Below, one piece after another: positions 1-9,082 of a stretch of DNA of 64,000 nt. The position numbers and the translations under genes are program-made. The stretch covers positions 145,863 through 209,862 of the forward strand of contig CAVWAQ010000002.1 of the NCBI GenBank assembly GCA_963753065.1. The letters are read 5' to 3'. The first letter of the stretch is position 1. Each line of letters opens with the position of its first letter. This DNA comes from Candidatus Bathyarchaeota archaeon (GTDB lineage: Archaea; Thermoproteota; Bathyarchaeia; 40CM-2-53-6). The notes under the pieces were generated by a model. That model saw only the letters and a list, made by a program, of their open reading frames with translations, made no database searches and was not told where the DNA came from.

Positions 1-28
1 CGTATTTACTGGACATGCCCGCGAACCT

Positions 29-40
29 GATTTATATATG
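29..40 (+). promoter_or_regulatory. Possible archaeal TATA box (TTTATATA) upstream of the geranylgeranyl reductase gene
   Basis: A TTTATATATG motif in AT-rich sequence at the window start. It lies about 100 nt upstream of the first possible start codon, so the assignment is weak. Confidence 0.2.
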
Positions 41-142
41 ATGCGCTTTTGCATTGACCAAATCCAATCCGGAACAGTGCTTAAACATCCAATTCCACAA
101 GTGGTCGAGGCGGACTTTCCTGCGCCGCGGCCTGAATGAGAA

Positions 143-1324
143 TTGGGAGATTCGCGAAGCTTCGAAGTCATCATCGCAGGAGCCGGCCCGGCCGGACTGC
201 AGGCGGCCATTGCTGCGGCAGAGCGAGGAGCGTCCGTCCTTGTCTTCGACAAGAAGACCACAATCGGTACGCCTGTAAGATGCGGCGAGTTCTTTCCCTG
301 CAAAGAGGAAATGCTCGATCTTCTGCCGGGATCCCGGGATTTCGCTCATCTCTTCGAGATGCCGCCTGATGCTATCACGAACACATGTAAAACGCTCCGG
401 ATGTTTTCTCCGCACGGGAAGTGCTGGGAGTTTCCGTTTAGGGCGCATGTCCTTGATCGAGTAGTCCTTGAGCAGCACATGGCAAAGGAGGCGCACAAGC
501 TCGGCGCAGAAATTAAGCTCGGACGTACCGTTCGCATCTTTGAAAGTGACGGTAAGATCAGAGTCGGCGCAAGCGAACAGGAGTCATTTGAGGCTCAAGT
601 GGTTATCGCTGCAGATGGTTTTCCGTCCGTAGCAGCCGCGTCAGGAGGGCTCTCTTGTGATCGCTATGCTCTTCCAGACAACGTGGCGATAAACTACCAG
701 TACGTCATAGATGGCTTGGATATCGAATCGGATGCCACCGAGATGTACATGGGTACCTCCATTGCCCCAGGCGGCTACGGGTGGATAATCCCGAAGAACT
801 CCACAACCGCGAACATTGGGATAGGCATCCGAACGACATTCAAATCCGGAAGAGCAAAGGACCGGCTTGACCACTTCGTACATAGCTATCCTCTCACGGC
901 CGACAAGCTGCATTCGGGCAGGATTCGAACTATGATCGCAGACGTGTTGCCAATTGATGGTGCAGTGTCCAAGACCTATTCTGAAAGAATCCTCTTGGCC
1001 GGAGATGCTGCCGGGATGGTGATGCCGACAAACGGCGGAGGAATCCCGACCGCGATGATATCAGGCCGAATCGCCGGCGAAATCGCAGCCCTTCACGTGA
1101 AGAAGAACGAGCCCCTTTCCACCTACGAGGCTAGGTGGAAGAAAGCCCTTGGACGCGAGCTCACTGCCTCGACGCGAATGAGACGATTTGCTGACGTCTT
1201 CATGCCTCACGATGTACTCTTCGATTGCACTTTGAGAATCCTTGGGACCGCAGGAATCAAGAGGATCGTTACTTGTAAGATACCCAGGCGAGTAGGCATT
1301 CTGATGAGATTGCTCGGATACTAA
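143..1324 (+). CDS. FAD-dependent geranylgeranyl reductase (digeranylgeranylglycerophospholipid reductase family)
   Basis: N-terminal Rossmann motif VIIAGAGPAGLQAAIAAAERG and a length of about 390 aa typical of archaeal GGR. The start is TTG at 143; no in-frame ATG lies upstream of the FAD-binding motif. Confidence 0.85.
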   Translation: MGDSRSFEVIIAGAGPAGLQAAIAAAERGASVLVFDKKTTIGTPVRCGEFFPCKEEMLDLLPGSRDFAHLFEMPPDAITNTCKTLRMFSPHGKCWEFPFRAHVLDRVVLEQHMAKEAHKLGAEIKLGRTVRIFESDGKIRVGASEQESFEAQVVIAADGFPSVAAASGGLSCDRYALPDNVAINYQYVIDGLDIESDATEMYMGTSIAPGGYGWIIPKNSTTANIGIGIRTTFKSGRAKDRLDHFVHSYPLTADKLHSGRIRTMIADVLPIDGAVSKTYSERILLAGDAAGMVMPTNGGGIPTAMISGRIAGEIAALHVKKNEPLSTYEARWKKALGRELTASTRMRRFADVFMPHDVLFDCTLRILGTAGIKRIVTCKIPRRVGILMRLLGY

Positions 1325-1339
1325 GCTGTTGAGGCACGC

Positions 1340-2224
1340 TCAGAGAAGCGCCCTGTCAATGACCATGCTGAGGAACAGCAGGAAGAGATAGGGACTGGAC
1401 ACCTTAAAGGCCCGATAGGCGTTGCCTCGAGTTGGCCTGACGAATAGGTAGAGATTCACCAACAAGACGACAACCCCGAGAACAAGGGCAGACGCAGCGT
1501 AGATCCAGCCAAATCCCCCTTCCAAATAGACAGCCAATGAGAAGGGAATCATCAGAATCACAGTCGCCACAATACATCGCAGGGCCGCCTTCTCTTCCAT
1601 CACGACTGGAAGCATCGGTACACCTGCGCGAGCATAATCCTCCTTGCTGAGAATGGCTAGACTCCAAATGTGGCTGGGGATCCATAGGACCACTAGCCCA
1701 GCAAGCAGGACCGGCAGAAGACCAATTGTGCCAGTGACCGTGCTCCATCCGAACATCGCTGGCAATCCTCCGCTGAAACCGCCCAAGACTATGTTGAGTG
1801 GGTTTCTCCTTTTCAGCAAGAGGCTGTAGACGACGACGTTATCGAGAACGCCAAGCAGCAGAATCACGAAAGATATGATATTGATCCATAGGCCCAGCAC
1901 AAGGCCTACTGCGATCAAGAACAGGCCCCATCCCAGTGCGCGCTGTGGAGGGGCGATGCGGCCAGTGGGAATTGGTCTGTGACTCGTCCGGTGCATGATG
2001 GCATCGATGTCCCTGTCGATGTAGCATGTTACCGTGTTGCATCCGGCTGTTGAGGTCGTGATCGCGATCAAGCCTGCCAGTATCGGGAGCAGTGCGAACC
2101 ACTTTTGTGAGAGCGCCGAGATCGCCATCGCCGCGACAGATGTGAACACAAGGAGCGCGACGGTCTTAGGTTTCGTTACTTCAATGTAGTCTCTTAGAGT
2201 GAGAAGAAGCGTCATCACGATCAC
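1340..2224 (-). CDS. UbiA-family prenyltransferase, most like protoheme IX farnesyltransferase (heme O synthase)
   Basis: Polytopic membrane protein with the UbiA signature YIDRDIDAIMHRTSHRPIPTGRI (D-rich motif followed by RT..RP). Confidence 0.65.
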   Translation of the reverse strand: MIVMTLLLTLRDYIEVTKPKTVALLVFTSVAAMAISALSQKWFALLPILAGLIAITTSTAGCNTVTCYIDRDIDAIMHRTSHRPIPTGRIAPPQRALGWGLFLIAVGLVLGLWINIISFVILLLGVLDNVVVYSLLLKRRNPLNIVLGGFSGGLPAMFGWSTVTGTIGLLPVLLAGLVVLWIPSHIWSLAILSKEDYARAGVPMLPVVMEEKAALRCIVATVILMIPFSLAVYLEGGFGWIYAASALVLGVVVLLVNLYLFVRPTRGNAYRAFKVSSPYLFLLFLSMVIDRALL

Positions 2225-2392
2225 GAAAGATTACTTTGATCCTCCTTGGTGAAACAGTCACGTTCGCAAACCCGCGTTGGATGCGAGACACCTCACTTAA
2301 GTCTTCAGCTCCCGATTGCCCAGGTGGATGCTCCATCACAGGTCGACACCTGTAATTCCCGCACCCAGCTGGAGTCTCTTCCGCGATGAAAC

Positions 2393-3856
2393 CTAGGCTA
2401 TTCCATGGTAGAGTTCTTCGCACAACGCGGAGAGTCTGGGGCTGAGCCGCACAGGCGCCTCGGCTACAACCGCAGGATCCCTGAATTCCTGCGGGACACT
2501 GTCCATCTGTTTCTTTCCATACTCGCGAGTTTCGAGCAAGGATGGCACGCTGTATGCCAGTCGTCCCTTATCGATCACCTTTGTAAGAAGTGGGCGAGCG
2601 ACAAGGCCTGGGAAGATCTCCTCGTCTATTGCTACGATGTCTTCCTTGATTAGGCCTGAACTGTCGTAGGCGCGATGTATCTGCTTGAGTTCGGGAATCG
2701 TGACCTTCGCTGGGCTCAGTTTCACCCGAGGAATACTTTCCGAGCCCCGGCGGAGTTCGACCAGCTTGTAGATGCCTGGTAGAGCCGGGTCCTCTCTTGA
2801 TGTGGTAAGTTCTGTTCCGACGCCGAAAGAATCGATCGGAGCTCCTTTCGCGATCAGATCCCGGATCTTGTATTCGTTGAGGTCTCCGCTTGCGAAGATC
2901 TTCGTGCTCTTGTGTCCTGCTGTGTCGAGGATCCGTCTGACCTTCACGCTCAAATCAAGGAGGTCGCCGCTGTCGAGACGTACGAGCGTTGGCGAAACTC
3001 CGAGATTCACAGCTGTCTTTGCTCCTTCGATCGTGTTGTAAGTGTCGATGAGAAGTGCCATGTTATCTGGGAAGGCTTTCTTGTAGGCTAGGAAAGCCTC
3101 TCGTTCTGAGTCGAACGTCATTATGAACGAATGGGCCATCGTTCCGAAGGTCGGTATACCCAATTCGTATCCAGCAAGCAGATTGGAGGTGCCCGTGCAG
3201 CCCCCGATGTACGAAGCTCTTGCTGCGAGAAGTGCGGCCTCTGGGCCATGCGCTCGTCTGGAACCAAACTCGACAACATCTCGGCCTTTCGCGGTCTCGA
3301 CGACCCTAGACGCTTTGCTAGCGATTAGAGTCTGGAAATTGATCATTGTCAGCAGATATGTCTCAACAATCTGTGCTTCAATGATACTCGCTTCAACTTG
3401 GACGAGAGGTTCTCCTGGGAAGATTACGGTGCCCTCTGGAACTGCCCAAACGTCGCCCCTGAATCTGAAATCCTTCAAGTACTCGAAGAATTCCCGGCTG
3501 ATGTGACGGAAGGATGGATGCTGTCTGATGAATTGTATCTGCTCATCGGTGAATCTCAGGTTGAGAATGTAGTCAAGAGCTTGCTCCAGCCCCGCCGCGA
3601 TTATGTAGGAGAAGTTCTTCGGGAGATGCCTGACGAATAGCTCGAAACCGGCCTCTCCAGGTATATTGTTCTCGAAGTAGGCGGCGGCCATGGTCAATTC
3701 GTAGAGGTCAGCAAGCATTGACGCGTTGGAGGCTGTGACAAATAGGCCGCGCGGTCTCTCCAGCTTCACCATCTCGGGCACCATCGGCTGACAGAAATCA
3801 TACATAAGAAGCACATAAGGCCGCAGATTGCGGAGCCCAAACGCTCGGCAAGCCAC
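2393..3856 (-). CDS. Nicotinate phosphoribosyltransferase (NAPRTase)
   Basis: The N-terminal motif ASMLADLYELTMAAAYF and a length of 487 aa are characteristic of the PncB family. Confidence 0.85.
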   Translation of the reverse strand: MACRAFGLRNLRPYVLLMYDFCQPMVPEMVKLERPRGLFVTASNASMLADLYELTMAAAYFENNIPGEAGFELFVRHLPKNFSYIIAAGLEQALDYILNLRFTDEQIQFIRQHPSFRHISREFFEYLKDFRFRGDVWAVPEGTVIFPGEPLVQVEASIIEAQIVETYLLTMINFQTLIASKASRVVETAKGRDVVEFGSRRAHGPEAALLAARASYIGGCTGTSNLLAGYELGIPTFGTMAHSFIMTFDSEREAFLAYKKAFPDNMALLIDTYNTIEGAKTAVNLGVSPTLVRLDSGDLLDLSVKVRRILDTAGHKSTKIFASGDLNEYKIRDLIAKGAPIDSFGVGTELTTSREDPALPGIYKLVELRRGSESIPRVKLSPAKVTIPELKQIHRAYDSSGLIKEDIVAIDEEIFPGLVARPLLTKVIDKGRLAYSVPSLLETREYGKKQMDSVPQEFRDPAVVAEAPVRLSPRLSALCEELYHGIA

Positions 3857-3924
3857 GCCTAATCTCAGAACGTTGGCTCCTTCCCTGGCGCGCGTTGTTC
3901 CATTATGAACTGAGCATCGTCAGC

Positions 3925-4278
3925 TCAGATGGTTTGGTCGTGATGACCCGATTGGGTTCTGGTGGACAGTTTGAACTCTACGATAGCACGTATTCTCTGC
4001 TCAGGATCAGGCATGGCTCTGACTCGCGCTTCGAGTTCTGCCGGTAACTCCGAGGTCTGGACAGGACGTGCTGATGCTGTTTCCCGCTCGAGTATGAGCC
4101 TCGCTTTCTCGAACGCGGCTTCCAAGCTTCGTTCAGTGTCCAATCTCCTTCGTTGCGCTATCTCAGCTATTGCGACGAGCTCGGGGTCTCGAGAGGGCGA
4201 CGCACGTGGCGGTGTATTGTTGACTCCGTGGCGAGCAGTCGACCATATCTTTCCCCAGAGCCACAGAATCCCACGCAT
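3925..4278 (-). CDS. Hypothetical helical protein
   Basis: ORF with protein-like composition and no recognisable motif. It overlaps another minus-strand ORF (4167..4415) that encodes a Cys-rich peptide. Confidence 0.3.
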   Translation of the reverse strand: MRGILWLWGKIWSTARHGVNNTPPRASPSRDPELVAIAEIAQRRRLDTERSLEAAFEKARLILERETASARPVQTSELPAELEARVRAMPDPEQRIRAIVEFKLSTRTQSGHHDQTI

Positions 4279-4661
4279 GTCTCGTCACACAGATTCAAGT
4301 CACCGAGCTGAACATTTCTGCTTCGTGGACAGTATCTGGTCACATAAGGCTTGACTCGATTGTACGCATGGGAGAATGTGTTGGTGACGCGGACATTCTG
4401 GTTTGTCTTGCCCAATTGCGAACTGTCGCCAACGTCATGACTCCGTGGACGAAGCGGCTAGAAAGACATAATTATGTCACATCCGTATCCGCTTAGAAAA
4501 CTCTGGAAGGACCTGAAGTTTAGTGAAGGGAGCCACTTGAAACGAGTCATCGCATCATTTGTTCTTCTCTTGGGGCTTACCTTCGTGACGCTGACCTTGT
4601 ATCTAGGCAACGTGGAGGCTGTTGTGAAGGTGCTGCAATCATATGCCGTGTCGTTTCCATA

Positions 4662-5637
4662 GTGGAAGTTGAGAGCTTCATGGCTGAGCAAAAGAAAAAG
4701 CGGTTCAAGTTCAAGTACGGCACACCCCGTTTCCTTGTCCAGCTCGTGTCGCTCCTGCTTCTGAACGGATTACTGCTAGCGGAACTCTACCCTAACCTGA
4801 ACCTTCAGCGGTATCCTGTGACTCTCCCCATCCTACTGAGCATAAACGCACCAACTAATCTCGCATACGGGAGCCTAGACGTGATCCAAGTAGCTCTAGC
4901 TAGTCCGGTTGTCCCTTGGGTTGCACTGGCTTTCGTGTTCGTGATCGGGGCAGTGCTAGGCAGAGCGTTCTGTGGTTGGGTTTGTCCGATGGGGTTCATT
5001 CAAGACATGGTCACGATCGTAAGAGGCCCGTTTGGCCAAGTCGACGTACGAATGCACGAGAGTGGGAAACGATTCAAGTATTTTGTGCTCGGGGTCGCGC
5101 TATTGGTCAGCGTATCGCTAGCCATATCGCTTTCAATGGGAATCGGAGCCGATTACAAGAACTCACTAGGGATCTTCGCAAACGGACTACTGATTCCCTT
5201 GGCACCTGAAGGCACTCTATTCTCAATGATTCCGCGAGCCATAATGTATCTAAGGCTGGAAGTGGCCCCGACGTTCCTGGACAAGATTTCCGCGAATCAG
5301 TTGGTAACGTGGATCCGATCAGTCCCGCTCATGATCTACGCCGGACTAATACTCCTGTTCGTATTCTTCTACGGCGCATACAAGGTCCCACGCTTTTGGT
5401 GCAGATACTCTATGTCCAGTCGGAGCCAAGATGGCTCCGTTCCAGAAGTACAGCTTCTTAGGCATGAAGAGAGATCCCGTGAAATGCAGCAAATGTCCAC
5501 ACTGCGAGGCAGCCTGCCCAATGCAGATCCGAATCCTATCGCTGCCTTGGGAGAAGTTCAACGATCCGGAATGCATCCTATGCGGGGAATGCGCAGACGC
5601 ATGCGCCAACAACTCGTTGAGCTACAAATTCCCCTAA
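4662..5637 (+). pseudogene. NapH/MauN-like membrane polyferredoxin (CxxCP motifs plus a C-terminal 2x[4Fe-4S] ferredoxin domain), apparent +1 frameshift near 5406-5412
   Basis: Frame 0 encodes transmembrane segments with GRAFCGWVCP and PRFWCRY. The expected continuation LCPVGA...CSKCPHCEAACP...CILCGECADAC is in the +1 frame (ORF 5431..5637). One extra T in tggtgcagatacTctatgtcc breaks the frame. Confidence 0.6.
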
Positions 5638-5768
5638 GCGCCCGAGTTGGCAAGACATCGGGTTCAGTCACAGATTGGAGCCTTAATAGCTAAGCCATCA
5701 TATCGCTTCGTGAACAAAGTTGGGACCGAAACGACGCGTTTCCCTGAAGGACTACTACTCACGACAGG

Positions 5769-6779
5769 TTGTCATGCGAGAGCTCGGTCAAGCAAGGCCA
5801 AGACAAGCTGACACACGCATCAGTCGCGATAATTGGACTCGGCGGCTTGGGTGCGGCTGCTGCAGCGTATCTCACAATGGCAGGCGTCGGGAGGATACGA
5901 TTGGTTGATCAGGATACGGTTGAGACTCACAATCTTCAGAGACAGATACTCTATGGCATAGATGACGTTAGGGCGCCGAAGGTTGAGGCGGCAGCTCGAA
6001 GACTCAAGACCCTCAATCCTCAGGTCCGCCTTGAACAAGTCGCAGAGAACGTCCGGGAAGCGAACGTTGACGCAATAGTCTCCGACTGCGACTGCATCGT
6101 AGACGGACTCGATAACATGGCGACGCGATACATAATCAATCGCGCGTCCGTGAAGCATTCTATTCCGTACGTCTTCGCAGGCGCAATCGGGATGGAAGGG
6201 AACATCTCAGTATTCAGACCACCAGCAACCCCATGCTTGGAGTGCATAATGCCGGGTCTCGATGATGCCTCTTTGCCGACCTGTGAGACGCGAGGAGTGC
6301 TTGGAACAACTACGGGAAGCATCGGTGCACTCGAAGCGGCGGAGACGATCAAACTGCTTGCCGGGATTCAGCCGTTGCTTGAAGGGAAACTACTCATCTG
6401 CGATCTTCGTGAGATGGATTTCAGAGCAATAGACATCCAAATCAGACGAGACTGCAAGGTGTGTCAGCTCAAGCAGCCAATTCGCGAAGTCGAGCAGGAA
6501 AGACTAAGCTGGCTTTGCGGCGATAGCACCGTGAACGTAAATCCGTCGAAGCAGTTGAAGATAGACCTGAGATCGGTCCCCCGGCGCCTCGGCAAGAGTG
6601 CTAGGGTTCATCTGAGAACTCCGATGGCTCTAGTCTTCCAATATGATCAATACGAGGTCACTCTTTTCACCCACGGCAGAATGCTGATCAAGGGCATCAG
6701 TTCTGAACAAGATGCAATCGAAGTCTATCGAAAAATCATGGACAAGGTTAGCGTGAAAGGAAGGAGCCGATCCGCGTGA
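5769..6779 (+). CDS. E1-like ThiF/MoeB/UbaA family adenylyltransferase with a C-terminal extension of about 100 aa
   Basis: Nucleotide-binding motif VAIIGLGGLGAAAAAYLTMAGVGRIRLVDQDTVETHNLQRQILY and CxxC pairs (CLEC, CKVC). The stop overlaps the start of the next gene (ATGA). Confidence 0.8.
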   Translation: MSCESSVKQGQDKLTHASVAIIGLGGLGAAAAAYLTMAGVGRIRLVDQDTVETHNLQRQILYGIDDVRAPKVEAAARRLKTLNPQVRLEQVAENVREANVDAIVSDCDCIVDGLDNMATRYIINRASVKHSIPYVFAGAIGMEGNISVFRPPATPCLECIMPGLDDASLPTCETRGVLGTTTGSIGALEAAETIKLLAGIQPLLEGKLLICDLREMDFRAIDIQIRRDCKVCQLKQPIREVEQERLSWLCGDSTVNVNPSKQLKIDLRSVPRRLGKSARVHLRTPMALVFQYDQYEVTLFTHGRMLIKGISSEQDAIEVYRKIMDKVSVKGRSRSA

Positions 6780-7465
6780 GCGTCACAGAATCAGTCATTC
6801 AGAGCTCAACTCGAACTGTCTTTCGAGGAAGAGCAGTGTGCTTGATCTCAGGAGGCATGGACTCCCCTGTCGCTCTCTGGCTGACAATGAAGGCTGGCAT
6901 GGCTCCAATCGCTGTCTTCTTCGACAGCTACCCGCTGGCAGACAGAAGAGGCAGAGAGATCGCTCTGCTCAGCATCAAAAAGGTGCGGGACTACTTGGGT
7001 GCTCCTCCGATCAAAACGTACGTCGTCGGGCACTCTCCAGACCTGTCAGAGATCGTTTCCTCCTGCCAGCGGAACTTGGCGTGCGTGATCTCGAGACGAA
7101 TGATGTTCAGAGTCGCGAGCGAGATCGCGCACAGGGAGATGGCGGACTGCATAGTCGCAGGAGATGTCGTGGGACAGAAAGCCAGCCAGACACTGCACAA
7201 CCTGTTTGTGACAGATGCGACCACAGATGGGCTTCCCATCATCAGACCTCTTGTCGGCATGAACAAGGACGAAATCGAACGACTCGCTAAGACTATCGGG
7301 ACGTTCGAACTCTCAACAAGCCCCGGCGTAGCAGCTTGCGGCATCCCGACACGCAAGCCTAGGACGCACTCTCGATCTGAAGAGATAGCGAAGTCCGAGA
7401 CGTACCTAGATCTGGATCATATGGTTTCACGTGCGCTCGAGAACGCGCAGATCGTGGACGCATAG
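6776..7465 (+). CDS. PP-loop ATPase resembling the C-terminal catalytic domain of tRNA sulfurtransferase ThiI (mini-ThiI with no THUMP or rhodanese domain)
   Basis: SGGMDSPVA PP-loop, a GDVVGQKASQTL motif and a conserved Cys in CGIPTRKP (as in ThiI CTIFTP). Translationally coupled to the upstream E1-like gene. Confidence 0.7.
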   Translation: MSVTESVIQSSTRTVFRGRAVCLISGGMDSPVALWLTMKAGMAPIAVFFDSYPLADRRGREIALLSIKKVRDYLGAPPIKTYVVGHSPDLSEIVSSCQRNLACVISRRMMFRVASEIAHREMADCIVAGDVVGQKASQTLHNLFVTDATTDGLPIIRPLVGMNKDEIERLAKTIGTFELSTSPGVAACGIPTRKPRTHSRSEEIAKSETYLDLDHMVSRALENAQIVDA

Positions 7466-7466
7466 G

Positions 7467-7793
7467 TTAGCGTTTGCTGGCCGCTAACTCAGGCAATAGG
7501 GTCTCCGCGATCTTCCGTGCAGCCTCTTCGTCGGCAACGTTCCTGATGATCAGGCGACCATCATCAACAATCGTGATCTCCGTCGCATCTCTTCGCTTCA
7601 CAACCATCAGCTGCCGAGTCCACAGAGTAGTCTCGCAATTCCACCCGCGCTCAAGAGAGCGCCTGAGTCTTGCTAGATCTACTTTGAACTTGCTTCTTGG
7701 AACGGCTTCATAGGCTGCCTTGTCGGAACACAGCCTGATAATGAACGCCGCTCCCTGTTCCATCGCGGACATCTCTCGACCATCAAGAGACAA
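7467..7793 (-). CDS. Hypothetical small protein
   Basis: ORF of 108 aa with plausible composition and no motif. Confidence 0.3.
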   Translation of the reverse strand: MSLDGREMSAMEQGAAFIIRLCSDKAAYEAVPRSKFKVDLARLRRSLERGWNCETTLWTRQLMVVKRRDATEITIVDDGRLIIRNVADEEAARKIAETLLPELAASKR

Positions 7794-7907
7794 TGATCAA
7801 ACAAAAAGCTGATGCCCCATGTCAGCAGAAATCGCAGCGTTAGTTCTCATTCTTGGTTCAATAGACTTATACGGCAAGAATCGAAGTTTCGGTTGCCGGG
7901 GGAAGAC

Positions 7908-8009
7908 GCCGGGGTCGGTCAGATGTGATGCGACCACCGAAGGCCGAACGGTTCAGGCGGCAGCCTGCAGAGCTGCAGTATATGGGTTCGACTCCCATCC
8001 CCGGCTCCA
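7908..8009 (+). tRNA. tRNA-Cys (anticodon GCA) with a 26-nt intron between positions 9 and 10
   Basis: 5' exon GCCGGGG-TC, intron about 7917-7942 (GGTCAGATGTGATGCGACCACCGAAG), then D arm GCCG/AACGGTTC/AGGC. Anticodon arm is GCAGC-CTGCAGA-GCTGC, variable loop AGTAT and T arm ATGGG-TTCGACT-CCCAT. The acceptor 3' strand CCCCGGC gives a perfect 7-bp stem with the 5' strand, followed by discriminator U73 (the Cys identity element) and an encoded CCA. The spliced length would be 76 nt. A second copy of GCCGGGG lies 13 nt upstream (7895-7901). Confidence 0.6.
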
Positions 8010-8082
8010 TCCTGACCCTCCTTACGAAGAATATGGACTGGTCGTATGGGCTGCATTGTGAAAGCCTTAAGTCGGGCAAATC

Positions 8083-8892
8083 ATGCCGGGTCGAGCACGT
8101 CCAACGATGTCTTTCAAACGGGCCTTGGTCGGCTGGCAGCGCAGATACATCATTCCAGTGCTGATCTTGGCGCTCATAGTCAACCTAGCACTCCATACGC
8201 AATTTGCGCAAGCAAACGCAACTGACCCGCAGACCTCTCAGCCGAGTTTTGTCAAGATGAGCTTTCACATATACGGGAAGGTGTATAGTAACTCGAACTC
8301 ATCGATATTCGTCTACAATGGCGCGGACACGAATGCTCCGACCTATGCAACCGCCCTGACCGCTCCAGTATCCTGTGCCATTCATCAGAGTACTCAGATC
8401 TGGTTCGCTGGCGTTGACGTCTGGTTCGGTGGCGTCTCATGGATCACTCAGCCACTGGCTGAGGAAATGACGATTCAAGGGAACATGAGCATGACTGTCT
8501 GGATGAGCGCAGTTGATTCACGTCCAATCGCATCAGGGTACGCGTTCGGTCTGACCGAAGTTGACAGCAAGGGGAACCCGATCGGCAGTCAATTCTACGA
8601 ATACACCTATGGTACCGGGAGCGTCCTCAGCCAATCTCCGACACGATATACGCTAGTTTTCGGCGTCAATCGAACCTTCGCAAAAGGCAACATCTTGGGC
8701 TTCTTCGTTATCGTCGGCTCGACCACTGAAGGATGGCGCTATCAAGCCTACTTCGATAGTCCCAGCAAGGATTCGTTCGTGGAGCTGCCAACCATGAGCA
8801 CGCCTATCCCGGAGTTCTCACAGCTCGGGACAGTAGCTTGCATGATGCTGACAGTGCTTTGTTTCGGCATTATCCATCGCCGAAAGCGCTAG
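8083..8892 (+). CDS. Secreted protein with an N-terminal signal or transmembrane segment and a C-terminal PEF-CTERM sorting signal (putative archaeosortase ArtE substrate)
   Basis: The C-terminus reads ...STPIPEFSQLGTVACMMLTVLCFGIIHRRKR: a PEF tripeptide, a hydrophobic helix and a basic tail. The N-terminus has a hydrophobic segment (IIPVLILALIVNLAL). Confidence 0.6.
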   Translation: MPGRARPTMSFKRALVGWQRRYIIPVLILALIVNLALHTQFAQANATDPQTSQPSFVKMSFHIYGKVYSNSNSSIFVYNGADTNAPTYATALTAPVSCAIHQSTQIWFAGVDVWFGGVSWITQPLAEEMTIQGNMSMTVWMSAVDSRPIASGYAFGLTEVDSKGNPIGSQFYEYTYGTGSVLSQSPTRYTLVFGVNRTFAKGNILGFFVIVGSTTEGWRYQAYFDSPSKDSFVELPTMSTPIPEFSQLGTVACMMLTVLCFGIIHRRKR

Positions 8893-9082
8893 GCACTCAT
8901 GATGCCGTAACTGCTCCACTTTGAGGCTGATGATGTGTTGGCCGTGCAAAGCTAGATACCCAGCATCTTGCGGAGATTTTTCTGACGGAGCGCTTTGAAA
9001 TCAGTCTCTACGGCCCAAAAGATGACACAACTCTCCCCGTTCGGAAGATCACATACCGATCATTTGCGGTCATTTACGGTTA

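Noticed and set aside
100-120. GGAAAGTCC (RNase P RNA P4-like nonamer) on the minus strand near the window start
   Set aside because: A single 9-mer match is expected by chance in 128 kb of two-strand sequence. There is no room for the rest of RNase P RNA before the GGR coding region, and no other conserved RNase P motifs were found.
32-496. ORF 32..496 on the minus strand (154 aa), and similar long antisense ORFs (for example 10285..10812, 33617..34312, 40380..41168, 35793..36407)
   Set aside because: Each lies entirely antisense to a confidently identified gene (GGR, argS, the mutase small subunit, LarA-like, mutase large subunit). They have Arg/Ser/Pro-rich low-complexity composition, typical of antisense frames in 55% GC DNA.
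7819-8164. ORFs 7819..8061 and 7925..8164 on the plus strand
   Set aside because: They overlap the tRNA-Cys gene and have non-protein-like composition; they are artefacts of the GC-rich tRNA sequence.
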